Source: a virus. From it: DNA of 41,013 bases. Below, piece after piece: positions 28,876 through 36,308 of the stretch (within the stretch, counting starts at the first letter, position 1; each line of letters begins with the position of its first letter). The stretch is from UHGV virus genome UHGV-1836508; one strand, given 5' to 3'. Under the pieces are notes generated by a model. It did no database searches and was not told the origin of the DNA. It saw nothing but the letters and a program-made list of their open reading frames with translations. Both the position numbers and the translations under genes were made by a program.

Positions 28876-30435
28876 ATGACTGTTCGGATTGTATCTAACG
28901 CAGTAAATGCGCTTATTTCTGGCGCAGATGACAAGGTAAAGCAACTGGTGCAGCAAATGTTGAGCTACGAAGTCGAGACTGGCGACTGGAAGGGCACAAG
29001 CACGATGTTCAACTGGAGTAAAAACTCGTTCCCTGCTGGCTTTGCCAAGCCTGTAGCGGCGAACTTGAACAAGGCGGGCATCAAATGTGTTCATATCCGC
29101 AAAGACAAAGCCCCGGCGCTTGGTAAACCAAATCCGGCGGTTAACCCATTCCCATACAATCCTGATTATGCGTATCAGGATCAGACTGTGGAAACACTGG
29201 TTCGAGAGGGAATGATGATTGCGCAGATCGCTACTGGTGGCGGGAAATCTAACGTTGCCTGCAAAGCAGCTGCACGTATCGGTCGAATGACATTATTTTT
29301 AACAACCCGCTCTGTTCTGATGTTTCAAATGGCCGAAAACTTCCAGAGATCCATCGACTACCGCGCCGAAAATGGCGAACCGTGGTTAAAAGACCAAAAG
29401 GTTGGAGTCATTGGCTCGGGTGAGTTCCAGGTATCACGACATATCAACGTCGCTACAGTTCAAACTCTTGCAAGTTTCCTCGAAGAACCACCACGCGATG
29501 CAACACCAGATAAAAAGAGCTACCACCTCAAACGTCGGGAGTTGGTGAAACGCTTCCTTTCAAGTGTGTCTCTGCTTATTCTGGAAGAAGCGCATGAGTC
29601 TTCAGGTTCTAATTTCTATGACATTGCCAGATTATGTGTGAACGCAGACTATCGTCTGGCGCTTACAGCCACGCCGTTCATGAAGGATTCGACGGAAGCC
29701 AACATGCGCCTGATGGCGGTGGCCGGGCGAATTGAAATTAAAGTCACAGAAAAGTACCTGATTGATCGAGGCATTCTGGCAAAGCCGTACTTCCTTTATC
29801 ATAAAGTTGCCTACAAGCCAGACGAGGCCAGAATCAAGGCCGAACTTGCCAACAAACACCTCAATTTTAGAGTTGGTATGAGCACCGCCTACCAAAAGGC
29901 TTATCAGTTGGGGATCGTGTATAATTTGGGACGTAACGAGGCCATAGTGCGCGAGGCATTGCTTTATAAGCAACATTCACTCAACTGCATGACTCTGGTT
30001 CGTCTTAAACGCCACGGGCAAATCCTGATGGAGATGATGAAGGAGTCAGGTCTTAAAGTTGATTTCATCTATGGGGAATCTAACCAGACGACAAGGCAAG
30101 CAAAGCTGAATAGTTTAGCGTCTGGTGAAATAGATGTTTTAATAGGCTCGACTATTCTGGATGTCGGTGTTGATGTACCAAGCGTTGGTGCGGTCATTCT
30201 GGCTGGTGGTGGAAAAGCAGAAGTTGAAATGAGGCAGCGTGTCGGTCGTGGCTTACGAGCCAAAAAAAATCAGGCAAACGTGTGTTTTATCACTGATTTC
30301 ATTGACATTAGCAACAAATACCTGTTGTCTCACTCTTATGAGCGAAAACACATCATCGACACCACACCTGGCTTTGCAGAAGGTGTATTGCCTATTGATG
30401 GAGCATTCGATTTTGGAGTTCTGAAACGAGATTAG
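28876..30435 (+). CDS. superfamily 2 (DEAD/DEAH-type) helicase
   Basis: Motif I IATGGGKS, motif II LLILEEAHE, motif III LTATPF, motifs V/VI …DVLIGSTILDVGVDVPS…QRVGRGLR; strong SD TAAGGAAAGAGG. Confidence 0.85.
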   Translation: MTVRIVSNAVNALISGADDKVKQLVQQMLSYEVETGDWKGTSTMFNWSKNSFPAGFAKPVAANLNKAGIKCVHIRKDKAPALGKPNPAVNPFPYNPDYAYQDQTVETLVREGMMIAQIATGGGKSNVACKAAARIGRMTLFLTTRSVLMFQMAENFQRSIDYRAENGEPWLKDQKVGVIGSGEFQVSRHINVATVQTLASFLEEPPRDATPDKKSYHLKRRELVKRFLSSVSLLILEEAHESSGSNFYDIARLCVNADYRLALTATPFMKDSTEANMRLMAVAGRIEIKVTEKYLIDRGILAKPYFLYHKVAYKPDEARIKAELANKHLNFRVGMSTAYQKAYQLGIVYNLGRNEAIVREALLYKQHSLNCMTLVRLKRHGQILMEMMKESGLKVDFIYGESNQTTRQAKLNSLASGEIDVLIGSTILDVGVDVPSVGAVILAGGGKAEVEMRQRVGRGLRAKKNQANVCFITDFIDISNKYLLSHSYERKHIIDTTPGFAEGVLPIDGAFDFGVLKRD

Positions 30436-30437
30436 TT

Positions 30438-30716
30438 ATGAGCGAAAAGAAAACAACTTATTGCCAGGTGGCATTGTCTGATAAGGCCAATGAAAAACTT
30501 GGAAAATTCCAAATAAAACTCAAAGAGAAAAAAATCAAGATGTCTAAGGCTGAAGTTATCAATGCCATTCTGGAGACGATGACTATGGCTGAATTTGACA
30601 AAGTCACATCTGCCGTTGGGGTTTCCGCTAAGACGCGTGAGAAAATCATGCGCATCTATGAAAACTCCAATATGACAAAAAAAGATCTAGAGGAAATACT
30701 GAGCAGGTTGCCGTAA
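30438..30716 (+). CDS. hypothetical 92-aa protein (Lys-rich)
   Basis: ATG 2 nt after the helicase stop, so likely coupled; no recognisable motif. Confidence 0.5.
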   Translation: MSEKKTTYCQVALSDKANEKLGKFQIKLKEKKIKMSKAEVINAILETMTMAEFDKVTSAVGVSAKTREKIMRIYENSNMTKKDLEEILSRLP

Positions 30717-30748
30717 CATTTCATATTTACCCCCTATCTACTAATTCT

Positions 30749-30784
30749 ATGATGTGCTCACTTGTTAGAAAGGAGCACATCATG
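30749..30784 (+). other. 11-bp perfect stem-loop sequestering the SD and start codon of the next gene
   Basis: ATGATGTGCTC (30749-30759) pairs with GAGCACATCAT (30773-30783); loop holds AGAAAG of the SD; the ATG at 30782 is in the stem. Confidence 0.55.
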
Positions 30785-31348
30785 AGTTGGTTAAAAGAAT
30801 TATCATTTGTTGACACCACTGGCGCTAAGAAAAATCATTCTTTCTGGAAAGTCAGCGATCCTTCTGATTTTCTTGTTGGTGCTAATGCTGCTTTTGAATT
30901 GCTTAACTTTTATCAACGTTATCCAGAAATGAAACACAGTCCACTCCTGTACAGAATAACAAACGATATGAATAGGTCTGGTTTATTATCAAGTGAGTCA
31001 GCGAAAGGCTTTTTTAGCAAAATTACGCCTCACATATCATTCGATGCAACAAACGAAATTGATTATCTATCCACGAAATCTCAAGAACAATTATCTGTAC
31101 CACCTGAGAAAAAAGAAAGACGAATTGCCAGCATTGAAAATATATCGAAAGAGCTTCGCACAACAACGTTGAGGCTGCTGAACTTTCTTACGCTGCTTAA
31201 TTGGATAGATGATCAAACATTGATTCCATCAACAGATGCGTTGGATAACAGAGTCCTTAGGCTGAACAAAAAATCGCAATTTGGTTTTGTGTTCACCAAA
31301 AAAGGTGAAGATTTAATCAAAAGAAAATATAGATTATTGAATGATTAA
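30782..31348 (+). CDS. hypothetical 188-aa protein (AT-rich accessory gene)
   Basis: SD AAAGGAG 7 nt upstream of the ATG at 30782; the track start at 30749 lacks an SD. Confidence 0.55.
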   Translation: MSWLKELSFVDTTGAKKNHSFWKVSDPSDFLVGANAAFELLNFYQRYPEMKHSPLLYRITNDMNRSGLLSSESAKGFFSKITPHISFDATNEIDYLSTKSQEQLSVPPEKKERRIASIENISKELRTTTLRLLNFLTLLNWIDDQTLIPSTDALDNRVLRLNKKSQFGFVFTKKGEDLIKRKYRLLND

Positions 31349-31354
31349 TAGTCT

Positions 31355-31384
31355 ACATGCAGGTGTATGAGAGCACCTGCATGT
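31355..31384 (+). terminator. stem-loop terminator after the 188-aa gene
   Basis: ACATGCAGGTG-tatgagag-CACCTGCATGT directly after the stop; T-run is interrupted. Confidence 0.45.
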
Positions 31385-31637
31385 GACATTCATCACATTT
31401 TTGAATGTATATACCTTCGGCTGAAAAAGATCTTGATAGGCTAAATGATATTTGTAGGCTTCGCCTCCGAAGAAATTCGGAGGATATATGCGACAATTTA
31501 TAAAAACGTGTGACCTAAGAAATATAGTAGATGATATTGCATGTGATGAAATTAGCAAAAAAGAGAAGAACAAAAACGCCAATTAACGCTATCTACCTAT
31601 AAATCTGAAGAGTTCAATAGGATGCATATCTGAAACA

Positions 31638-31673
31638 CGCCCTCGACAATACCAAAAAGATTTGTCGAGGGCG
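31638..31673. terminator. bidirectional hairpin terminator between convergent accessory genes
   Basis: CGCCCTCGACAA-taccaaaaagatt-TTGTCGAGGGCG, 12-bp perfect stem. Confidence 0.55.
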
Positions 31674-31732
31674 TCGGGCTTTCCCTATGTCTGAACGATT
31701 AAATTTTACAGCAATTAAATATTTTGTATATG

Positions 31733-32533
31733 TTATTCTTCTGGTGGCACGACAAAATCATCGAGCTTATTCTTTTCGTCTCGAAGCAACTTGATTTCTT
31801 CTTCTGTTATACATTTGTCATAATCTGTTTGTTCAGAATGGCACAGTGTAACCGCGAATGGATAGCCGGTATAGGACAGTCCCCTAACAGGTTCTAGTTC
31901 ACCGTTGTCTTTTTTCCTAAATTTGTAAAAGTCAGGAGTGTCATAATTGGTGACGCTAACAAGAGCATATTTATCATTTTCTCTTGCATACACTTCACTA
32001 ACACCTCTCGATTCGCCCAACTCTCTACTCACATATGTCGAATCACTTGCTGCATCAAACACAGCCTGACCTAATGGAGTTTTTTTTAAATCATCTATTT
32101 TCTCTTTTTCCTTCCTGATTTTAGATTCGTTTTCCAGATAAAGTTTCACACCGTTTTCTTTACATGCTAGATTTTGGCGTTCAAAACGTAATCGTTCTCT
32201 TGCCGAGTTGGCACTTTTATCCATTGTAACGAATACAATCGGGTTACGTTCACGAACATCAAAGATGTGCGCATTGAATGCGGTCGCACCTGTATAGGCG
32301 TTCAAGACGTTTTTGCCATTCACCTCTCCACATACCATATATGAATAGCTATTTTCACCTAACTGAATAGCTCGCATATTCGTGAACCGACCAGCATCAG
32401 GATCTAGCAGTGTAGAGCGAATATCCTTTTCAACTAGATCTATGGCTCGCTCTTCATCAGAATCACAACCTGTTAATAGTAAAGCCGCTATTAACAATGC
32501 TAATGAGTATTTTTTATTCACCCCATTCTTCAT
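31733..32533 (-). CDS. lipoprotein (signal peptide with lipobox LTGC), stand-alone accessory gene
   Basis: N-terminus MKNGVNKKYSLALLIAALLLTGCDSD; own divergent promoter region and downstream hairpin; AT-rich. Confidence 0.7.
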   Translation of the reverse strand: MKNGVNKKYSLALLIAALLLTGCDSDEERAIDLVEKDIRSTLLDPDAGRFTNMRAIQLGENSYSYMVCGEVNGKNVLNAYTGATAFNAHIFDVRERNPIVFVTMDKSANSARERLRFERQNLACKENGVKLYLENESKIRKEKEKIDDLKKTPLGQAVFDAASDSTYVSRELGESRGVSEVYARENDKYALVSVTNYDTPDFYKFRKKDNGELEPVRGLSYTGYPFAVTLCHSEQTDYDKCITEEEIKLLRDEKNKLDDFVVPPEE

Positions 32534-32635
32534 GAAACTTATTCCATAATCAATTTTTGGTGGAATGTACGGTTAGTCTGTCTACGCATCATAGAGATGT
32601 ATATAATGACCAAAAAAGACTTAAAAAGGTAGACT

Positions 32636-33157
32636 ATGGTTAAAGACATCACCTACGGCATACCGGCTGAAGTCTGGCCGCGAGACTACGAACATGCTGA
32701 AAACATACTTATGTTCTGGCGGAAGAACAACATTCCTGTAAGAGTCACGCTTGAAGACGGTCAGGTGTTTTGCATGTACGTTCAGGGGACAATGCCTTCC
32801 CGCAATAAGCTAGATTTATGCCCGCTTCCATATGATAAAGAAAATCGTATAAGACTCCCACTTGAGCGCATTAGCACAATTGAATCAGGTGTAATCGATG
32901 GCATTGCTCGCGAGTTCAAAGGTAGGCTAACAATACATCCAGACTATGTTGACAATCAGCCATCACGCCGTGACTTTTTTGCGATATGTCGCAAGGCTTA
33001 TCAAAACGACCAATCTATAAGGGTCTACATGACAGACGGTCGTGAAATAGAAGGGGTGTCAAGAGGCGTTGATGCTTGCCAGGTCACTCTTAAATTAGAA
33101 GACGGCAGAAAAATACTTGTTTTCTTCGATTGGGTTGAACGAATCCTTCCATTTTAA
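32636..33157 (+). CDS. hypothetical protein with two tandem Rof/YaeO-like repeats (possible Rho modulator)
   Basis: Internal duplication …VRVTLEDGQVFCMYVQG…RIRLPLERISTIE / …QVTLKLEDGRKILVFFDWVERI resembling the LTLELKDGE…RLDKITSF pattern of Rof; TATAAT at 32602-32607 upstream. Confidence 0.35.
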   Translation: MVKDITYGIPAEVWPRDYEHAENILMFWRKNNIPVRVTLEDGQVFCMYVQGTMPSRNKLDLCPLPYDKENRIRLPLERISTIESGVIDGIAREFKGRLTIHPDYVDNQPSRRDFFAICRKAYQNDQSIRVYMTDGREIEGVSRGVDACQVTLKLEDGRKILVFFDWVERILPF

Positions 33158-33168
33158 ATCTATAAGGG

Positions 33169-33198
33169 TAATAACCGGCTAAGCCCGGTTATTATTTT
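33169..33198 (+). terminator. intrinsic terminator
   Basis: TAATAACCGG-ctaagc-CCGGTTATTA followed by TTTT. Confidence 0.7.
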
Positions 33199-33339
33199 AC
33201 ATGCCATTCATTTAAAACTCTTTCAATGTCACTCTGTATAAATATATAAGGTTAAAAGCCCGAATTGATTATTTATTTAGGGAACACCTTCGACGATCTC
33301 GCTTTTATTTCTAGGACTTTCATCCCTGCAGAAAATTTA

Positions 33340-33367
33340 AAAAAAATACTTGCAATCTTTTTTCACG
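33340..33367 (+). promoter_or_regulatory. sigma70-type promoter (TTGCAA - 16 bp - GATAAT) with upstream A-tract
   Basis: -35 at 33340-33345, -10 at 33362-33367, A-rich block 33321-33338; flanked by inverted repeat ttcgacgatctcgctttt / ctcgtcgaaagcgag. Confidence 0.55.
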
Positions 33368-33452
33368 TATCGATAATTGAACTCGTCGAAAGCGAGCTAG
33401 CTAACGACAGTAAAAAATAAATTCATTTTAATTTTTCGTAAGGATGTCCATC

Positions 33453-34103
33453 ATGACTAACATTATCATTTCTAAAAAGTCCATCATTGAAGCTGCTGCC
33501 ATTGTATCCGACGAGCTGCGCGAAAAAGCAGATCTGGCAACTCAAACATATAACGAACATTATAAAAATGGTACGCACACAAAAGCAGACAAAGCAAATA
33601 TGCAAGCTGCGACCACCAAACTTGCTTACTTCATCAACAACGTCGTAAACGCAGTAGAAGACGAAAAATTGTGCTCTGTTTTCTACTATGCGATCAAAGC
33701 AAGCAAACAAGCGCCAGAAGTATTTTTCCGTGATGCAATGACTAATAGTTATTCTCTGGAAAAACTGGTTTATCTGGTTAAATCCATTAAAGCTGGAAAG
33801 TGTGTTTATTCCGTCGCTGATATGTCCGGATCTCGTGTATTCGCATTAATCGATATGATTAACGACGAGATCGAGACGTTCACAAATGGCGCTGTTTTCG
33901 ATTTAATGAATGAAGCGAAAAAAGCCAACGAAATAAAATTAGACGCAGGATACACTCAAGCCAACCAGCTTATCAATCTTTGCGAACGTCTTGGACTTGT
34001 TGAGAAAGTCAAAGGAATGGGAAGCGCAAAAGCTGGTACGCAGCAATATCGCTTTATTAAAAATGATTTCTATAACTATCTGGCTGATGCTTTCAAAGCG
34101 TAA
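33453..34103 (+). CDS. hypothetical 216-aa protein
   Basis: SD AAGGA before the ATG at 33453; own promoter and terminator; no motif recognised. Confidence 0.55.
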   Translation: MTNIIISKKSIIEAAAIVSDELREKADLATQTYNEHYKNGTHTKADKANMQAATTKLAYFINNVVNAVEDEKLCSVFYYAIKASKQAPEVFFRDAMTNSYSLEKLVYLVKSIKAGKCVYSVADMSGSRVFALIDMINDEIETFTNGAVFDLMNEAKKANEIKLDAGYTQANQLINLCERLGLVEKVKGMGSAKAGTQQYRFIKNDFYNYLADAFKA

Positions 34104-34116
34104 TTAATGGAATCTG

Positions 34117-34137
34117 GCGCCCACTATGGGCGCTTTT
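34117..34137 (+). terminator. hairpin terminator (partial, read-through to next gene likely)
   Basis: GCGCCCA-cta-TGGGCGC followed by TTTT, then SD AAGGAG of the next gene. Confidence 0.6.
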
Positions 34138-34150
34138 AAGGAGCTTAATC

Positions 34151-34381
34151 ATGTTTATTCTTATCGCTGGCGTTAACGTGCGCAATGAATATTTTGTTAA
34201 TCGCATCGCTGGGATCGCTGGTTACGCTGGGCGCTCAGTCGAGTTTATCGATGAAACAACGCGTAAAATTGATTTATTGAGCGACCAGGAGCGAAAAAAA
34301 GCAGACGTGAACGACGCTGATATATTTTTAATGTTAAAAGCGTTTGTAGAAATGGGATTTAAAATCAGTTTACACAAATAA
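34151..34381 (+). CDS. hypothetical 76-aa protein
   Basis: SD AAGGAG 7 nt upstream; followed by a strong terminator. Confidence 0.5.
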   Translation: MFILIAGVNVRNEYFVNRIAGIAGYAGRSVEFIDETTRKIDLLSDQERKKADVNDADIFLMLKAFVEMGFKISLHK

Positions 34382-34387
34382 AATCGA

Positions 34388-34410
34388 GCGCCCATAGTGG
34401 GCGCTTTTTT
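34388..34410 (+). terminator. intrinsic terminator
   Basis: GCGCCCA-tag-TGGGCGC then TTTTTT; exact reverse complement of the hairpin at 34117-34133. Confidence 0.8.
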
Positions 34411-34434
34411 CGTTTCCAATACTCCCACCATAAC

Positions 34435-34456
34435 GCGCCAATGATGGCGCTTTTTT
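34435..34456 (+). terminator. second tandem intrinsic terminator
   Basis: GCGCCA-atga-TGGCGC then TTTTTT; further weaker GC hairpins follow to about 34580. Confidence 0.65.
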
Positions 34457-34758
34457 ATTGTCTTTGACTCACTCCAACAACATAAAAATAAGCGCCAAAA
34501 TAACGCCATAGACGCGCTTTTATATCCTTACCAGTACATACCCATTACTTAGCGCATTAACGCGCTTAAATCGCGTTATATTGCGTTATGGTGTATGGTT
34601 AATCATTGGCTTTTATTCTTGCTATGTGATCCGCGTTTATTTGTCGGCGCAGATCGGCATTTTGTGTTGTTCTGTGTCCGCTCGCATATGATTGCCACGT
34701 TGGGCAACGTGTACGCGCTTACAGTGATTTACCCACGGATTCACATAATCACATAGCG

Positions 34759-34995
34759 AAAGCTATCTGGATGGCCCAGGGGCTGAAACCCCCACCAGCG
34801 ATACCCCAGCGCCGCTACGCAATTTCTGGCGCGATTCCGGGTTTCTCCCGCTCAGTTTTCTACATAAAGGCGACCCCCGCCGTTTCCCGAAAAAATCCTG
34901 GCCGTTTCCCGTCGGCTCATGAATACGTTCCTCGCCGTTTCTGAAAATTTCCCTGCGGCAGCTGGTGGCTATAGAGAAAGGGCCGTTTCTGGCCC
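34759..34995. repeat. iteron array 1: about 6-8 direct repeats of (G)CCGTTTCC(C)-type units
   Basis: gccgtttcccgaaaaaa (34878), gccgtttcccgtcgg (34901), cgccgtttctgaaaat (34933), tttccctgcgg (34950), gccgtttctggccc (34982) plus degenerate copies; non-coding. Confidence 0.75.
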
Positions 34996-35004
34996 TCTTC
35001 TCAG

Positions 35005-35487
35005 TTACACGCCATCAAGGATGTGGATGCGGTTGCTTGCGTATACATTCAGCATAAAGTTAGCGCAAAACAGTTTCCATGTATCAACGCCAGCGGTATA
35101 CGTAATGTTTTTGCATTTAATCGCATTGTTGGCGATCCGCATCCCCTGCGATACTGCTTCATCGTCGGAAAATTTGAACGACGATTGAGTTTTAATCCAG
35201 ACAGAAATCTGCGTAGCGAACTCAATCAGCTTGGACTGGCAGAATCGCCCGGAGCGCACCGGAAAGACGAACGTTCCGAATCCAGAATTTACCACATACG
35301 CTTTCTCAAATACCCGCGAGTAACGACGATTGCCAATGATGTCGCGTGCAATAATGCATTTTTCTTGTGCTGACAGTTCTACCGTCTCATTGTCGCGCCA
35401 TGCACCAAGTACTCGTTTTTCAATGTCAGAGAACGTTACAGCGATATTGCCATGTGCGGGTGCGTTTACAGTAGCGATAAAATTCAT
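35005..35487 (-). CDS. hypothetical 160-aa early-cassette protein A
   Basis: ATG with SD AAGGAAA; own promoter and shared leader element. Confidence 0.6.
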   Translation of the reverse strand: MNFIATVNAPAHGNIAVTFSDIEKRVLGAWRDNETVELSAQEKCIIARDIIGNRRYSRVFEKAYVVNSGFGTFVFPVRSGRFCQSKLIEFATQISVWIKTQSSFKFSDDEAVSQGMRIANNAIKCKNITYTAGVDTWKLFCANFMLNVYASNRIHILDGV

Positions 35488-35508
35488 GATTATTTCCTTA
35501 TCGTAAAT

Positions 35509-35562
35509 AACAAATTGTTTTCTTGTTGGTGTTAATTATCGTTGTACGAATAAGGCGTCAAA
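35509..35562 (-). promoter_or_regulatory. promoter (TTGACG - 15 bp - GATAAT) plus conserved leader element for gene A
   Basis: Minus strand reads TTGACGccttattcgtacaacGATAATtaACACCAACAAGAAAACAATTTGTT, then SD and ATG. Confidence 0.55.
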
Positions 35563-35662
35563 GTGGAAAGTTGCGGTAGCCGGACGAGAACAGGTGGGTT
35601 TGTCGGTTGCCTGGAGGTAAGAGGTTGGTGTTTTTAGCCTGCGGGAAACAGGATGGTCATTT

Positions 35663-35686
35663 AAGGCCACCAGCATTGGTGGCCTT
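35663..35686 (-). terminator. hairpin (terminator or processing site) after gene B; contains a Chi octamer
   Basis: AAGGCCACCA-gcat-TGGTGGCCTT; near-identical copy at 36134-36157. Confidence 0.45.
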
Positions 35687-35691
35687 AGTCT

Positions 35692-35973
35692 TTAGTGGAG
35701 CAGACCGATGTCGATGGTATCCCCTGAATCATCCACACGGATCATCAGCATGGCGAAGGCGTTTAGTGGATAGCTTGCGTGCCATTCAGGGAAGCGGTCA
35801 TCTCGCATGAAGTCGGCAATGTCGTAAACGCATCCCTCAAAGTGGAAGAATCGCGTGCTTACCTGCTCGTCATAATCCACATGATCCATTTCTTGCTGTT
35901 CTGTTTCCGGCAAGTCCAGCCATGATTCAAGGAATACATTTTGTGCTTTAGGGGTAATGGTGAAATCAGTCAT
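35692..35973 (-). CDS. small strongly acidic early-cassette protein B (93 aa; DNA-mimic-like composition)
   Basis: ATG at 35973 with SD GAGGA (the longer track ORF has no SD). About 22 Asp/Glu against about 5 Lys/Arg. Shares a D(I/A)ADFM(R/D) segment with gene F. Confidence 0.55.
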   Translation of the reverse strand: MTDFTITPKAQNVFLESWLDLPETEQQEMDHVDYDEQVSTRFFHFEGCVYDIADFMRDDRFPEWHASYPLNAFAMLMIRVDDSGDTIDIGLLH

Positions 35974-35992
35974 GAGCATATCCTCACTGCGT

Positions 35993-36024
35993 AAACATGT
36001 TGTTTTCTTGTTGGTGTAATTATC
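35993..36024 (-). promoter_or_regulatory. -10 GATAAT plus conserved leader element for gene B
   Basis: Minus strand GCGATAATtACACCAACAAGAAAACAACATGTTTAC. Confidence 0.5.
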
Positions 36025-36133
36025 GCAGTGTAGATAAGGCATAAAAGAAGTTAATACAGGCTGAATACACAAGAAAGGTTCTGGAAGTTGATAGCCAGGT
36101 TTCAAACTAACCTTCGGTTATTAAAAGTCATTT

Positions 36134-36157
36134 AAGACCACCAATGCTGGTGGCCTT
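36134..36157 (-). terminator. hairpin (terminator or processing site), inverted copy of the 35663 element; contains a Chi octamer
   Basis: AAGACCACCA-atgc-TGGTGGCCTT, followed on the minus strand by a U-rich tract. Confidence 0.45.
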
Positions 36158-36308
36158 AATAATTATCGCCCGATTACGCTAAGGATCTTTTCCTCAACTG
36201 ATTTGTTGTTGCGACTAAACTGCCTTGCGTATCTGATGACAGAAGAGGCGTTTTGCTTTCTGACCATCTCGGCTCTTTCCTTCAGGCGTTTCTTGAAATC
36301 GCCCATAT

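Noticed and set aside
31334-31582. ORF 31334..31582 (-), 82 aa
   Set aside because: Spans the terminator hairpin after the 188-aa gene and a non-coding AT-rich spacer, has no RBS, and is antisense to the end of a better-supported gene.
34919-35373. Plus-strand ORFs 34919..35188 and 35023..35373
   Set aside because: Antisense to gene A and running through the iteron array; no RBS; gene A on the minus strand has a promoter, leader element and SD.
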